The position numbers and the translations under genes were made by a program. The notes under the pieces are model-generated. The model searched no databases. It was not told the DNA's origin and saw only the letters and a program-made list of their open reading frames with translations. Below are positions 62,761 to 64,000 of a DNA stretch of 64,000 bases, piece by piece. The DNA is taken from sequence record MG983840.1; one strand, 5' to 3'. Each line of letters begins with the position of its first letter. The stretch's first letter is position 1. This DNA comes from Escherichia phage myPSH1131.

Positions 62761-63285
62761 CGATACCACGTTGCTTAAACGTACGTTGTCCTCTTGGAGA
62801 CGTGTATGCCGAAGTCGTTGCGTCGATGAAAAATCAATATCGTTTTGCGTAAACATGCCTACCACTGCAAACGCAGGGCAGAAATTGCTACGGTAACGAT
62901 GGTAGCCTGAACACTTGAACAACATCTTTTCATAGAAGGTCCAAGCGAGAATGGTTTTCTTGAGGATATTACTATCAGCATCCCTCATATCCATATGAAC
63001 GTGAGTAGAGCAACGCCAAGTCCCCTCGGCGTGCGATTCAGCTACTGCTTCACTCAGGTTGTTGATAGCGTCTAACAACTCCTGTCCATTGTAAGGTCGT
63101 GAACATACCATTTCACAACCATTACGCAGGGAACCATCCTCTGTACAATCCCACATATCTGCTTCGATATGATCGGAACCTTCGAGTTCAAGTTCAATAC
63201 CGACGCCGCACTGAAGTGCAATTGAACTATGCGCCTCAGTTAAACGACCTTCTCGATATCCAAAAGTTTGCGCTACAGTTGTCAT
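62752..63285 (-). pseudogene. amidoligase copy 2 (C-terminally truncated)
   Basis: Identical to 61120..61905 for about 140 aa, then diverges after CPAFAVV. Confidence 0.4.
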
Positions 63286-63899
63286 AACGAATCCACCAAC
63301 GTAATATTATAATTGCTAAGGTTTTCAGAAATGTGATGAAAGTGTTCCAGAAGTCGCATCGGTTGCTGACCGTAAGAGTCACGAGGTGCTTCCAGACCTA
63401 CTTGCCCTACCAGTGCACCTTTATAATGCACCTTACCATCAGTAGGGTTGATGTAAATATAACGAGTAACCAATCCCTCGAATTCAGGATTGAACAGACT
63501 GTAAACCATCTCCCCGGAGATAGCACGACCAACACCCGGAGCATTTCGAATCTTGTTACCCATCAAACCCTTTGCTCTCTGACGAACAGGGTTAATATGA
63601 GTCCAGCTTACAGTGTTACCGTTATGGAACAGATAACCAACATCAGGTGATTCAAGAATCAAGGTTGGGTCGAACACTGGAATATTCATCGTAGTGTTTC
63701 GAAGGTGCCCTTGCTCATTCTTGTACCACTGCTCTACAACAAAATACAGAGCCTGCTCTGCTTCGTGAGAGAAGTCATCGCTGCGGAAGTTACCGCTCTG
63801 CTCAACACCAATCACAAAACATGGAAGGTTGATATTACCTGCTCGTTTAGCAATCCATGTACCATTATAGTAATGAGAAAAATCAGCTACTAAGCTCAC
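63282..63899 (-). CDS. hypothetical protein P, copy 2
   Basis: 205 aa, about 93% aa identity to 61902..62519. Confidence 0.35.
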   Translation of the reverse strand: MSLVADFSHYYNGTWIAKRAGNINLPCFVIGVEQSGNFRSDDFSHEAEQALYFVVEQWYKNEQGHLRNTTMNIPVFDPTLILESPDVGYLFHNGNTVSWTHINPVRQRAKGLMGNKIRNAPGVGRAISGEMVYSLFNPEFEGLVTRYIYINPTDGKVHYKGALVGQVGLEAPRDSYGQQPMRLLEHFHHISENLSNYNITLVDSL

Positions 63900-63908
63900 G
63901 ATAACCTC

Positions 63909-64000
63909 TTATGCTACCTGAAGGAGTTTGATCTGCTGGTCAGCTTCTTTAACGTTGTTCCCGTTAATGATTTCATGAAGCTTCTCAATCGGAAGGCGAG
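63909..64000 (-). CDS. gene W, 3' end (5' part lies beyond the window)
   Basis: Bases 63901-64000 are identical to 62521-62620. Confidence 0.3.
   Translation of the reverse strand, partial: RLPIEKLHEIINGNNVKEADQQIKLLQVA

Overview
The window reads as a virulent tailed-phage genome segment of phiEco32-like (kuravirus-type) character, with no integrase or repressor seen. Bases 1-26.4 kb carry a plus-strand morphogenesis, tail and lysis block; 26.4-64 kb carry minus-strand replication, nucleotide-metabolism and early genes. The phage assignment rests on an ECF-like sigma factor gene plus five copies of the motif TAATGTATA, which I recall as the phiEco32 gp36-dependent promoter element; this is recollection, not a search result. 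The most interesting content is a minus-strand enzyme cluster (51.3-64 kb) combining a GS-like amidoligase, an ATP-grasp ligase, a class II glutamine amidotransferase and a gamma-glutamyl-cyclotransferase-like protein, flanked by a CCA-adding-like nucleotidyltransferase; I propose it as an uncharacterised gamma-glutamyl/amide-ligation system. The window is also unusually full of imperfect segmental and tandem duplications and truncated or frameshifted essential genes (capsid, primase-helicase, polymerase exonuclease domain, ThyX, GATase). Assembly or amplification chimerism between related phages must be excluded before any of these rearrangements is treated as biology. All protein calls come from motifs read by eye in the supplied translations; no searches were run.
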